The notes under the pieces are model-generated. The model saw only the letters and a program-made list of their open reading frames with translations. It searched no databases and was not told where the DNA came from. A stretch of DNA of 64,000 nucleotides from Thermoplasmatota archaeon. Its GTDB lineage: Archaea > Thermoplasmatota > Thermoplasmata > Halarchaeoplasmatales > Halarchaeoplasmataceae. The position numbers and the translations under genes are program-made. Every line of letters begins with the position of its first letter. Positions within the stretch are counted from its first letter, which is position 1. Location of the stretch: assembly GCA_036626005.1 (NCBI GenBank), contig JAZKSP010000001.1:1344-65343 (forward strand). The letters are read 5' to 3'. Of the stretch, positions 9,865-19,528 are shown piece by piece.

Positions 9865-11112
9865 TTAAATTACATTGACCACTTCCTCGATCGAATCGAC
9901 TTTTTTAAATTCTGTCTTGCTGGATATCTCATTATAAAGCTTTAAAGCTCTATTTTGGTCTGTGAAATCTCGATCATGTATATTCTCTATATCGACAAGG
10001 ATCAGTTCCGTATCTTCAGTTATACCCTCTTTAACGGCCTCAAGATTTCTAATGTTTCCTTCGCCCACCGGAAAATCAGTCACCACAATGATATCTGCTT
10101 TCTTTATCAGTTCTATATTTTCTCTGTAGGAATCATAAGTGATCGATGAAAAGGGTGCTTCGGTCACGACTTCGATGTCCAAAAAGTCGGCTTTTTCAAG
10201 ATCAGAATCCATCACGTTCAGAACACCTGTGCTCACCTCAAACCCTTTTTCAACTAGGTCCTTGAGTAATGTACCAGTAGAACCCCCGCCACATATCACA
10301 TGGATTTTTTTTCCTCCTTTTTCGATTTTGATCTGTTTGTCTACAGGGGAGACATATAGACTGCCATCTTTTGGATGTTCGTGAACCTCGGCCTCGACAC
10401 CATAAACGGCTCTAAGATGAGTGTTTGTTAAAACTTCTTTAGGTCTTCCATGAGCATGTTTTCCCCCCTCTTCTAAAAGCAAGATTTTCTTGCAGTACCG
10501 AGCTGCTAGATTAAGATTGTGATGAACCGATATAACGGTGAGATTTTCTTTTTCGTTTTTCTTTTTCAACGTATCCATCACTTCTTTTTTATGTCCGATA
10601 TCGAGCTGAGAAGTTGCTTCGTCCAATAATAAAATATCTGGTTTTTGGGTCAAAGCTCTAGCTAAAACTACTCTCTGTAGTTCTCCTCCAGATAACTCCT
10701 TGACTGAACGGTCTTTGAATCTTAGAGTACTTGTGATATTCATAGCTTCCTCAGCTATCTCGATATCTTCTTTCCCTGGGCTTTCAAAACGCCCTAGATA
10801 AGGACTTCTGCCCATCAGAACTACATCTCGAACGGTGAACGGGAAGTTGATGAATGTATCTTGAGGAACAACAGAGACTTTCCTAGCGATCTCATTTCTA
10901 CTCATATTGTCGATATTCTTTTTATCGTACTTCACCTTTCCATCCCATATGGGGATCACTTTCGTCAAAGCTCTGATGAGAGTGCTTTTTCCAGATCCAT
11001 TAGGACCGATGATGCCAAGAAATGCTCCCTTCTCCACTTCGAAGGATATATCTTTCAGTATCTTTTCATCACCGTATCCGCTCACTAAACTACTCACTTT
11101 GAGTTCTACCAT
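9865..11112 (-). CDS. ABC transporter ATP-binding protein (FepC/BtuD-like) fused to a ~165-aa C-terminal Rossmann-like domain of unknown function
   Basis: Walker A GPNGSGKST, ABC signature LSGGELQRV, Walker B LLLDEATSQLD and an H-loop occupy the first ~250 aa. The extra C-terminal region (ICGGGSTGTLL...IIVVTDFPVG) is not part of canonical BtuD/FepC. Confidence 0.8.
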   Translation of the reverse strand: MVELKVSSLVSGYGDEKILKDISFEVEKGAFLGIIGPNGSGKSTLIRALTKVIPIWDGKVKYDKKNIDNMSRNEIARKVSVVPQDTFINFPFTVRDVVLMGRSPYLGRFESPGKEDIEIAEEAMNITSTLRFKDRSVKELSGGELQRVVLARALTQKPDILLLDEATSQLDIGHKKEVMDTLKKKNEKENLTVISVHHNLNLAARYCKKILLLEEGGKHAHGRPKEVLTNTHLRAVYGVEAEVHEHPKDGSLYVSPVDKQIKIEKGGKKIHVICGGGSTGTLLKDLVEKGFEVSTGVLNVMDSDLEKADFLDIEVVTEAPFSSITYDSYRENIELIKKADIIVVTDFPVGEGNIRNLEAVKEGITEDTELILVDIENIHDRDFTDQNRALKLYNEISSKTEFKKVDSIEEVVNVI

Positions 11113-12161
11113 CCAGTCTCACCTCTATTTCTAACTAAAAGATAGATGAAGAAAGGCGAGCCTAGTAATACCGTAACGATCCCGACGGGTATTTCTCTAA
11201 CGAACTCAATGGGTATTTCCCCCATCATTCTAGAGATAGTGTCGCAAGTTACCAAGAATATGGCACCAAATAGAGCAGAGGTGGGGATCAACTTTTTGTG
11301 ATCGGGTCCGACCATCAATCTAGCGGCGTGGGGCATCATCAGACCCACAAAACCTATGACGCCGGTAAATGCGACCATCGTAGCGGCTAAAAGACTAGAA
11401 GTGAATAGTTGTATCTTTTTAGTCCGTTCCACCTCGACACCCAGCTGCATAGCGGATTCTTCCCCCATCTGGAAAAGATTTAGGTCTTTAGAATATGCAA
11501 AAACTAGGCTTATACCGAGTAACATTATGGGAAGTAATAACAAGACTTCCTTCCAAAGACTATGTTGCAGAGTACCTAACATGAATCGAAGTATCCTCAT
11601 ACGAATTTTTTTTCCCGGAGGACTAATATATCGAATGTAACTAGTCAGACCAGTCATCAAAAAGTTCATGGCCAATCCTGCGAGAAGTAAAGTTGCGATG
11701 TCGGTCTTACCCCTGACTCTTCCTAGAGCGAAAACCAAAATAACTGTCCCTAATGCAGTACCGAATGCAAAGAGGGGGAGTAGGTGGTAGGTCACCCCAA
11801 TAAATATCCCTACGGCGGCTCCCATCCCTCCGCCAGCTGATACGCCTAGTATGAAAGGAGAAGCTAGAGGGTTTTTGAAAACTCCCTGCATGGATGTACC
11901 CGAGACAGCTAAACTAGACCCTACGATCATCCCCATGATGATCCTAGGCAACCTAAGACTGATGACGATGGTTCTGTCTGTTCCCTCAAATGTCGGGAAC
12001 CATTTTCCTACAAGAGGGATTTCAGAAAGGATGATAGCGAGCACTTTTTGGAAAGGTATATCTACAGTGCCTATTGTTGCAGAATAAACTATCACGATGA
12101 ATAGGAGAATAAATAAGAAGAGTATGAATGATTTTGGTTTTTTTCTTATGTTTTCTCTCAT
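11106..12161 (-). CDS. FecCD/BtuC-family ABC permease (iron-chelate or cobalamin uptake)
   Basis: ~9-10 TM helices typical of FecCD permeases. Overlaps both neighbours by a few bp, consistent with an operon. Confidence 0.8.
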   Translation of the reverse strand: MRENIRKKPKSFILFLFILLFIVIVYSATIGTVDIPFQKVLAIILSEIPLVGKWFPTFEGTDRTIVISLRLPRIIMGMIVGSSLAVSGTSMQGVFKNPLASPFILGVSAGGGMGAAVGIFIGVTYHLLPLFAFGTALGTVILVFALGRVRGKTDIATLLLAGLAMNFLMTGLTSYIRYISPPGKKIRMRILRFMLGTLQHSLWKEVLLLLPIMLLGISLVFAYSKDLNLFQMGEESAMQLGVEVERTKKIQLFTSSLLAATMVAFTGVIGFVGLMMPHAARLMVGPDHKKLIPTSALFGAIFLVTCDTISRMMGEIPIEFVREIPVGIVTVLLGSPFFIYLLVRNRGETGW

Positions 12162-13198
12162 GCTTTTATTTTCTTAATCTTTTTTGCTATCGTACACACG
12201 CCTATAGAACCTCCAAGCAATCCAACACTTAAACCGGGTATCTCTTCATAAGCATTCTCTTCGTTTTCTCCGTTGGCTTCTACACTTGTGATAATTTCAG
12301 TTAGATTCTCCTCAGCGTTCACCACCCGTGGTCCAGGGCGGGACATGATATCACTGTTTATATAGTATATCTCGTCGTTCTCTACTGCTGTAATCTCCTG
12401 CCAGGGATCTTCCTTAACAAGATTTTCTAGGTCTTCCTTTAGACGCTCAGTACCGATAATAACTTCAGGATCCTCTGCGACGATCTTTTCTTCGGATATC
12501 ATCCACCATCCGTTTTCTTCTTTTGCTATATTCTGACCCCCTGCTTTCTCTATTAACGTATTTTGGAATGTATTATTCCCAGGGGTATATATAGGATCTA
12601 TCCCGGTTATATAAAAGGTGTCGACTCTTTCTTCCTTTGGCAGGTCTCTAGTATCCTCGGTTATAATGTCCATCTCTGATTTCAAACCATCGACTTTTTC
12701 ATCAGATCTTTCACCGATTCCGCACATTTCTCCTAAAAGTCCCATGTCGGAATAGACATCATCTAACGTTGTAGAGGATGTAGCTACTACCGTAATGTTA
12801 TATTCGTTCAAATTGTTGATCATCTCTGTGTTGTAAAAAGGAGTAACTACAACGTCTGGTTCAAGATCTATTATTTTTTCGTAATCTACGTTGAAAGAGT
12901 CTCCAACTTGGGGAAGATCTTTTACTTCCGGCGGATAGTCACTATGGTCATCTGTAGCGATAATTCTATCGCCTACTTCTAAATGGAAAAGTATCTCGGT
13001 GTTAGAGGGCATGAAAGAGATGATCCTTTCAGGTGGTTCCTCAAAGGTGACTTCAACTCCTCGAGCGTCGATGACGGTTATCTTTGCTGATTCTAGACTT
13101 TCTTCAGATTGGGCGTTCATCACTAGACCGTTTCCGATCAAAACAAACATGATTAGTACACTCAAAAACACAATTAGAAAATTTCGTTTTTCAAACAT
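12158..13198 (-). CDS. ABC transporter substrate-binding protein (BtuF/FepB class III)
   Basis: N-terminal signal/TM segment, class III SBP-like body, and a C-terminal hydrophobic segment with a KKIKKIK tail that may act as a membrane anchor. Confidence 0.7.
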   Translation of the reverse strand: MFEKRNFLIVFLSVLIMFVLIGNGLVMNAQSEESLESAKITVIDARGVEVTFEEPPERIISFMPSNTEILFHLEVGDRIIATDDHSDYPPEVKDLPQVGDSFNVDYEKIIDLEPDVVVTPFYNTEMINNLNEYNITVVATSSTTLDDVYSDMGLLGEMCGIGERSDEKVDGLKSEMDIITEDTRDLPKEERVDTFYITGIDPIYTPGNNTFQNTLIEKAGGQNIAKEENGWWMISEEKIVAEDPEVIIGTERLKEDLENLVKEDPWQEITAVENDEIYYINSDIMSRPGPRVVNAEENLTEIITSVEANGENEENAYEEIPGLSVGLLGGSIGVCTIAKKIKKIKA

Positions 13199-13269
13199 AC
13201 AATTTCCTCCATGTAGATTTACAAAACTAAAAATAACTTTAATTATTTATAATTTGTCTTCCTTATTCA

Positions 13270-13803
13270 CTACTTCTCTATTCCATCCCGCGCTTCTATT
13301 CCTTCCTGGTATGGGTGTTTTATTTCCTTCATCTCAGTAACGAGATCGGCTCTTTCGAGAAGTTCTTCTGGGGCCTTTCTCCCTGTAAAGATCAGTTCTA
13401 CATCATCTGGTTTATTTTCTACCAGCTCCATCATATCTTCTAACTTTAGAAGACTAAAATGATAAGCCACACAAATCTCGTCCGCGATCACAATATCATA
13501 ATCCCCTGAGAGCATGGCTTCGCTTATCTTCTTCAATCCCTCTCTAGCTTCCCTTTTTTCCTCTTCCTTTGGATCCTCCTCTAGATGAAAATCACCACTC
13601 CCGTACTGTTCCATGTCAATCTGGTCTGAAAATCTTTCTAATGCTTTATGTTCTCCATAATCAGGAGTTTTCATGAACTGCCCAATATAGATTTTAAAAC
13701 CTCTTCCGACAGCTCGGACCGCGAGACCTATAGCTGCAGTAGTCTTCCCCTTCCCATCGCCGGTATAAACTTGGACAAGTCCTTTGTCGAGTCCTTCAGT
13801 CAA
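13270..13803 (-). CDS. cobO: Cob(I)alamin adenosyltransferase (CobO/BtuR/CobA type)
   Basis: P-loop VYTGDGKGKTTAAIGLAVRAVGRG and overall similarity to CobA/BtuR. Sits first in the minus-strand transporter operon. Confidence 0.8.
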   Translation of the reverse strand: MTEGLDKGLVQVYTGDGKGKTTAAIGLAVRAVGRGFKIYIGQFMKTPDYGEHKALERFSDQIDMEQYGSGDFHLEEDPKEEEKREAREGLKKISEAMLSGDYDIVIADEICVAYHFSLLKLEDMMELVENKPDDVELIFTGRKAPEELLERADLVTEMKEIKHPYQEGIEARDGIEK

Positions 13804-13918
13804 TAAATCACCTTTCTAGCAAATTTTAGCTTATTAAAGCTATATTTAATAAACACAACTTCCTTTTAAACTTTTACACATTGTACAATCTAGCATCTCG
13901 AAAAATGACAAAATCTAT

Positions 13919-14980
13919 ATGGATTGTTCTAATTATATGAATACTATGAGTTATCGCGAAGATGAGCTAAATCTGCGCTTGCTCAGATATCTATTATCTG
14001 GAGAAGGGGTCCATGTGAATATCAGCAAACTTTCTAGAGAATTAGATATTCATTGGGCGACGGTCAAGAAGAGACTCGAAAACCTTTATGATAATGATTT
14101 GTTGAATCCCCCTTTTTACCCGTTCATTCAATTGTTTGAAGAATATCCTCTCCTTGTTTTAGTAAAAGCTGATATGCCGAGGACTCGAGGCATAAAGAAC
14201 TTTTACCAGGATGACTCCCATATTTTTGCTGCTTTTTCATGTATGGAGGGGTTTTTCAACACCTTTTTGATCGAATACTTCGAAGGGTTGGAGGAGTACC
14301 ACTCATGGAGAGGCGATATCGTAAAGCAGGACAAGATACCGGAAAGAGGGGAAAGAACTCCAGCCCATGCTGAATACTTTAGTAATAGACTGACCTTCAA
14401 ATACGAGCCTACATGTTTCATAGACAAGATGGTGGAGGATTTCGAGGAGAAGGGATTTATCGAACTTGGTGGACAAAAGGTCGATGGAGAGTCTTTTCGA
14501 ATTTTAGAAAAGGTGATGAAAGGGGAGAGTATAAGGACTAATTATTCCTATATAGGACGGGAGATCGGAATTAACAGGAAAACGGTGAAGAGGAGGATCG
14601 ATGATTTATTAGATAAAGATATTATCCAAAAACCGAAGTGCTTTTTCCCGAATCTTTTCGTCCCTCCCGGCTATAATCTCATCATAACTCTGATTGAAGC
14701 CATTTCAGATATAGATGAAATCAAGGAATATCTTGCGAAAGACGAGAACGTCCCTATGGCTATAGAGACCAGTACGGAAAGATATAATTTTCTAGTTTTT
14801 TCCGCCTTTGGAAGTATAGAGGAATTTTTTGACTGGGGCGAAAAACTAAATTCTAAACATCCGGGAAAGATCGGGGCTATATCTAAAACTATTCTTTCTT
14901 CGAAGATGATGCATCTTATAGAACCCCAGAAGGTCTCGCTCGGGTTTATAGAAAACAAGCTTTGGGATCTTAAGAGCTAG
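13919..14980 (+). CDS. Putative transcriptional regulator with two tandem HTH plus Lrp/AsnC-like effector modules
   Basis: Two winged-helix-like segments (ISKLSRELDIHWATVKKRLENL and YIGREIGINRKTVKRRIDDL), each followed by an alpha/beta module resembling a RAM domain. Confidence 0.4.
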   Translation: MDCSNYMNTMSYREDELNLRLLRYLLSGEGVHVNISKLSRELDIHWATVKKRLENLYDNDLLNPPFYPFIQLFEEYPLLVLVKADMPRTRGIKNFYQDDSHIFAAFSCMEGFFNTFLIEYFEGLEEYHSWRGDIVKQDKIPERGERTPAHAEYFSNRLTFKYEPTCFIDKMVEDFEEKGFIELGGQKVDGESFRILEKVMKGESIRTNYSYIGREIGINRKTVKRRIDDLLDKDIIQKPKCFFPNLFVPPGYNLIITLIEAISDIDEIKEYLAKDENVPMAIETSTERYNFLVFSAFGSIEEFFDWGEKLNSKHPGKIGAISKTILSSKMMHLIEPQKVSLGFIENKLWDLKS

Positions 14981-15172
14981 TTTTGGAAACTTTCATAAAA
15001 CGTATTCTTTCACATAATATCCAGAAAGACAAAATTATATTTTTAAATTTTTCTAAACATGAGGCCTAAATTATACATATGCTCCCCAATATATACACAA
15101 AAAACCTCTCTTTTTGTAAAAAGGTTTTTTATATCACCCACTGTTTCCCGAAAATACCCATGGTGATAAAAG

Positions 15173-16459
15173 ATGGCAGAAGAAGGATATAATCCGTTTA
15201 AGATGGCCCAACAACAGTTCGACAGGATAGCCGAACAATTAGATCTTGATGAGGCGTTGAGAGATCTGCTAAGAGAACCGTTGAGAGAGTATCACTTCAA
15301 CATACCCGTTAAGATGGATGATGGTTCTACAGAGGTTTTCAAGGGATTTAGAGTTCAGCACAATGATGCACTAGGTCCGTGCAAGGGCGGAATAAGATTC
15401 CATCCTGAAGAAACCGGAGATACAGTTAGGGCCCTCGCGATGTGGATGACTTGGAAGACCGCCGTTGCAGACATTCCACTTGGAGGCGGTAAGGGAGGAG
15501 TAATATGCGATCCACATGATCTATCAGATAGGGAACAGGAAAGATTGTGTAGAGAATATATCAAAAAGATAAATAAGAACATAGGACCGCTTCAAGATGT
15601 TCCCGCTCCCGACGTTATGACCAGCCCTCAACACATGCTCTGGATGATGGACGAGTATGAAAACATAGAAGGTGGGAAATATCCAGGAGTTATCACCGGT
15701 AAACCACAAGATATGGGGGGCTCTAAGGGAAGGACGGAAGCTACTGGCTACGGTTTAGTTTACCAGTTGAGAGAACTATTGAAAGAACTCGATAGAGATA
15801 TCGAGAATACTACTGCATCTATTCAAGGCTTTGGAAATGTCGCTCAGTACGCGGCCGAACTCTTCATAGAGTACGGCGGAACAGTCGTCTCAGTATCGTG
15901 CTGGGATCAGGATGATGAAAAAGCTTACAGTTATTACAAGGAAGACGGTATCGATCTTGAAGAATTAAGAGGGATAACTGATCGCTTCGGTTCTATAGAT
16001 AAAGATAAGGCGGAAGAGAAGGGCTATCAATGCCTAGGAGGCGATGAATGGTTAACCCATGAAGTAGACGTTTTGATCCCCGCGGCTCTAGAAAACGCCA
16101 TATCTGAAGACAACGTGCATGATATACCGAACTCTGTTGACATAATAATCTCTGGAGCTAACGGACCTATCACCCCAGAAGCTGACGACGAACTCGAAGA
16201 TAGAGACATCATCGTCGTACCGGACTTCCTGGCTAACGCCGGTGGTGTGATGTGCAGTTATTTCGAGCAGGTTCAGAGTAATCAAAACTACTACTGGTCT
16301 AAGGATGAAGTGTTAGGGAAATTGGACAACGGTATGACAGATGCTTTCTATGAAGTATGGGACCTCGCTCAGAGGAAGGATGTCAGATTGAGAGACGCAG
16401 CTTATATGATCGCTATACAGAGAGTAGCGGAAGCCTGCGAAGCCAGAGGCTGGGTATAA
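15173..16459 (+). CDS. gdhA: Glutamate dehydrogenase (archaeal ~430-aa type)
   Basis: Glu/Leu/Phe/Val dehydrogenase motifs: KGGIRFHP, catalytic GGGKGG, and an NAD(P)-binding GFGNVAQY. Confidence 0.9.
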   Translation: MAEEGYNPFKMAQQQFDRIAEQLDLDEALRDLLREPLREYHFNIPVKMDDGSTEVFKGFRVQHNDALGPCKGGIRFHPEETGDTVRALAMWMTWKTAVADIPLGGGKGGVICDPHDLSDREQERLCREYIKKINKNIGPLQDVPAPDVMTSPQHMLWMMDEYENIEGGKYPGVITGKPQDMGGSKGRTEATGYGLVYQLRELLKELDRDIENTTASIQGFGNVAQYAAELFIEYGGTVVSVSCWDQDDEKAYSYYKEDGIDLEELRGITDRFGSIDKDKAEEKGYQCLGGDEWLTHEVDVLIPAALENAISEDNVHDIPNSVDIIISGANGPITPEADDELEDRDIIVVPDFLANAGGVMCSYFEQVQSNQNYYWSKDEVLGKLDNGMTDAFYEVWDLAQRKDVRLRDAAYMIAIQRVAEACEARGWV

Positions 16460-16481
16460 ATAGAATCAAAAAATAGAGAAA

Positions 16482-19481
16482 ATGCCCAACAAGATCGAAA
16501 AGATAAGAGAAGCGATCGAAGAAGCGACAGGTAAGTCACCTGAGTTACCGTCTTCAAAAACCCGTTCCAAGGACTTGGAGGCATCATTTATCGATGATGT
16601 CCTCCTCTTTTGCAATTCTTTTGATTATTTTTTAATACAGGAAGAAGGCCGTCTTGATGCTTTGATCGAGGATAAATTTTCCTCTGGAGGACTTAGACAA
16701 CCACCAAAAATTCAGCACGCCGAAACAAAGAAAGAATGCTCAGAAATCCTCAAAAAGTTGGACATAGATATGCTGATAATCTTCGGTACTCCTTTAGAGA
16801 ATGATATTGAGAAATTTTCGCAGTGGCTAGAAACGAGCTGTGAGGAATTACCAGTGGTCTGGATAAGTAATAACGATTCTGACTCTAATACTTCCCTCGA
16901 TGAGAAAATAGAATTCAAGGAAGTTTTCACCTGGAATGGTGACGGAAAAATCATCTTGACGATAATCCAATATATCGAAGACAACATCCGATTCAGGGAA
17001 GATCGTTTCGCAAAAAGAAAACGCCCTATCCTCCTCATCGAAGATTCAAAACAGTACTACTCCACCTATTTGACTCATATTTATGAAGAGATATGGTCTC
17101 ATCTTGATGCTATCCTTCATGAGGATTTGACGAAGGAAAAGAAAATCCAGCGCTATCTGAGAAGGCCTTTCGTTGTTCTTGCCGAGGATATCGATGAAGG
17201 AAGAGAGATTTACACTAAAATTGAGGAGGATCTTTTGTGCGTTATCACGGACAATAGATTGGAAACGGAAGACGGAAATCAGGAAAACGCTGGACTCCAG
17301 TTCGCTGAAGAGATAAAGCGTGACAATCCCGATCTTCCTGTACTTCTCCAATCTTCAGCATCTGTACCAAGTGAAAAAACAGATGAAAAGATTGAGATCG
17401 TGAATAAAAACGACCCCGCTCTCAATCAGGCGATCATTGATTTTATCGATGATAATTTATCCCCTGTAAGTTTAAAAGTTAGATTGGGAGAGGGATTCGA
17501 GGAGATAGAAGTAAAGACTATCGATGAGCTTCAAGAGGTTATCAAAGAGTTAGATGACCAAAAGATCAAAGATCTGATTGAGGACCCCGAGTTTGTCAAA
17601 TGGATGAGAGTTCTCACCGAGTTCGAATTGGCAGATAGCGTGGAAGTTATCAAAGACAACCATATCTCCCCCAGATCATATAGAGAAAAATTGTTAGATC
17701 TTTTAGAAGAATATAGATATGCCGATTATAGTACAGCGGTCACTGATTTTAAAAGAGAGAGGACTGAACCAAAGAACAAAATAAATCGAATAGGTGAAGG
17801 TGCGTTAGGAGGAAAGGCTAGAGGTTTGGCTTTCATATCAAAATTGTTTTCGAAATACCTTTCTGAAGACCTTTTTGAAGATCTAAAGATCACAGTTCCA
17901 AGAACCATCGTTTTGACCTCTGATGTTTTCGACAAATTTTTTGAGGAAAACGAGATAATAGAGTCTCGACTTTTTGAACTCTCGGATGAAAGGATCTCCT
18001 CGAAGTTCATAGATGGGAGTCTTCCCGCGACGATCATTGGCGATCTTCGTTCATTCATTAGAGAAACTCGGAATCCGTTGATCGTTCGGTCATCCGGGTT
18101 GTTAGAAGATTCCCTCACTAGACCATTTGCTGGCGTTTATTCTTCTATGTTCTTACCGAATGAATCGTGGGAGACTAGCCTGAGGTTCAAAGAGGTTTGT
18201 GAAGCGATAAAGCACGTTTACGCATCTACCTTTTTCGAAGAAGCAAGAAATTATCTCAAATCCACGCCTAAGAACATAGGCGATGAAAAGATGTCGGTGA
18301 TTATCCAGGAAGTTGTCGGTGGAAAAAACGGTAAATACTTCTATCCCACGATTTCGGGCGTGGCTAAATCATATAATTATTACACCTCTAAAGGTTGTAA
18401 ACCTGAAGACGGCATTGTCTATCTAGCTCTTGGATTGGGAAAAGAGATAGTGGAAGGTGGCTCTTCTTATTTTTTCTGTCCAGAATGTCCTAAATCTCCC
18501 ATGTTCGGGACTCCTAAAGATTTCGTTCCTCACTCTCAGACCGAATTCTATGCCCTGAATCTTGAGTCTATATACAGAGTAGTAGGAAAAAACGAAGAAT
18601 CTTCTCTAGAAAAGTTAGACATAACTCAGGCGGAGAAACACGGCGTACTCGACAAGATCGCCTCTACGTATTCACCGCGGGACGACCGGCTCTATCCAGG
18701 CATACATAGAGAGGGCTCTAGAGTAATAGATTTTGCACCCATAATAAACTACGATTCAATTCCATTGGCTCAGGCGATAAAAGTACTCATAGATGTATCT
18801 GAGATCGCTTTGGGTTATCCGGTAGAGATCGAGTTCGCCGTTGAATTTGAAGAGGAAGATGATAAACCTGCGAAGTTAGTGGTCCTTCAGATACGTAATA
18901 TGGTCTCAAAAACAGTCTTTCAAGATTTGGATATAGAAGAATGCGACGATGAGAAGTTGGTCTGTCAGAGTGAAAAAGTGTTGGGACACGGGATGCTCAC
19001 AGAGATAGAGGATGTGGTATACATTAAGCCCGGAGCCTTTGACATGAGTAATAGCGAGGATGCCGCTGAAGAGATCAAAAAGATCAATGCCAAACTCAGC
19101 GACGAGGGCAGAGAGTACCTCCTGGTGGGTCCCGGAAGATGGGGAACAACCGATCCCTGGATGGGCATCCCGGTTAGATGGGGAGATATAGCAGGATCGA
19201 AAGTGATCGTAGAGACCCCTACAGAGGGTAGGACCATCGAACCGTCCCAGGGGTCTCATTTCTTCCACGATATGCTGTCCTCTGAAACATGCTATATGGT
19301 AGTTGACGATGAGAACAAAGTTGATTGGGATTGGTTAGAGGAGAAAGAATATCAAAAGGAATTGGAATACGTTAGACATGTCCAACTTGACGAACCGCTG
19401 AAAGTTCAGGTCGATGGTAAAGAGGGAAGAGGGATCATAGAGAAAAAATTACAAAACAGATCTGAAACGAACAATATTTAA
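16482..19481 (+). CDS. Multidomain protein with REC-like receiver domain(s) and a PEP-synthase/PPDK N-terminal ATP-grasp (PEP/pyruvate-binding, PPDK_N) domain; no phosphohistidine or PEP-utilising C-domain
   Basis: aa ~180-310 resemble a CheY-like receiver (PILLIEDS...ITDNRLETEDG...LPVLLQSS). aa ~430-999 match the PpsA N-domain (RIGEGALGGKARGL, IVRSSGLLEDSLTRPFAGVYSSMFLPN, VIIQEVVGG, KLVVLQIRNM). Confidence 0.6.
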   Translation: MPNKIEKIREAIEEATGKSPELPSSKTRSKDLEASFIDDVLLFCNSFDYFLIQEEGRLDALIEDKFSSGGLRQPPKIQHAETKKECSEILKKLDIDMLIIFGTPLENDIEKFSQWLETSCEELPVVWISNNDSDSNTSLDEKIEFKEVFTWNGDGKIILTIIQYIEDNIRFREDRFAKRKRPILLIEDSKQYYSTYLTHIYEEIWSHLDAILHEDLTKEKKIQRYLRRPFVVLAEDIDEGREIYTKIEEDLLCVITDNRLETEDGNQENAGLQFAEEIKRDNPDLPVLLQSSASVPSEKTDEKIEIVNKNDPALNQAIIDFIDDNLSPVSLKVRLGEGFEEIEVKTIDELQEVIKELDDQKIKDLIEDPEFVKWMRVLTEFELADSVEVIKDNHISPRSYREKLLDLLEEYRYADYSTAVTDFKRERTEPKNKINRIGEGALGGKARGLAFISKLFSKYLSEDLFEDLKITVPRTIVLTSDVFDKFFEENEIIESRLFELSDERISSKFIDGSLPATIIGDLRSFIRETRNPLIVRSSGLLEDSLTRPFAGVYSSMFLPNESWETSLRFKEVCEAIKHVYASTFFEEARNYLKSTPKNIGDEKMSVIIQEVVGGKNGKYFYPTISGVAKSYNYYTSKGCKPEDGIVYLALGLGKEIVEGGSSYFFCPECPKSPMFGTPKDFVPHSQTEFYALNLESIYRVVGKNEESSLEKLDITQAEKHGVLDKIASTYSPRDDRLYPGIHREGSRVIDFAPIINYDSIPLAQAIKVLIDVSEIALGYPVEIEFAVEFEEEDDKPAKLVVLQIRNMVSKTVFQDLDIEECDDEKLVCQSEKVLGHGMLTEIEDVVYIKPGAFDMSNSEDAAEEIKKINAKLSDEGREYLLVGPGRWGTTDPWMGIPVRWGDIAGSKVIVETPTEGRTIEPSQGSHFFHDMLSSETCYMVVDDENKVDWDWLEEKEYQKELEYVRHVQLDEPLKVQVDGKEGRGIIEKKLQNRSETNNI

Positions 19482-19528
19482 TAGCGGTTAGTCTAATTAT
19501 AGATTTAATCGGGCAGAGGTGACGAAGT

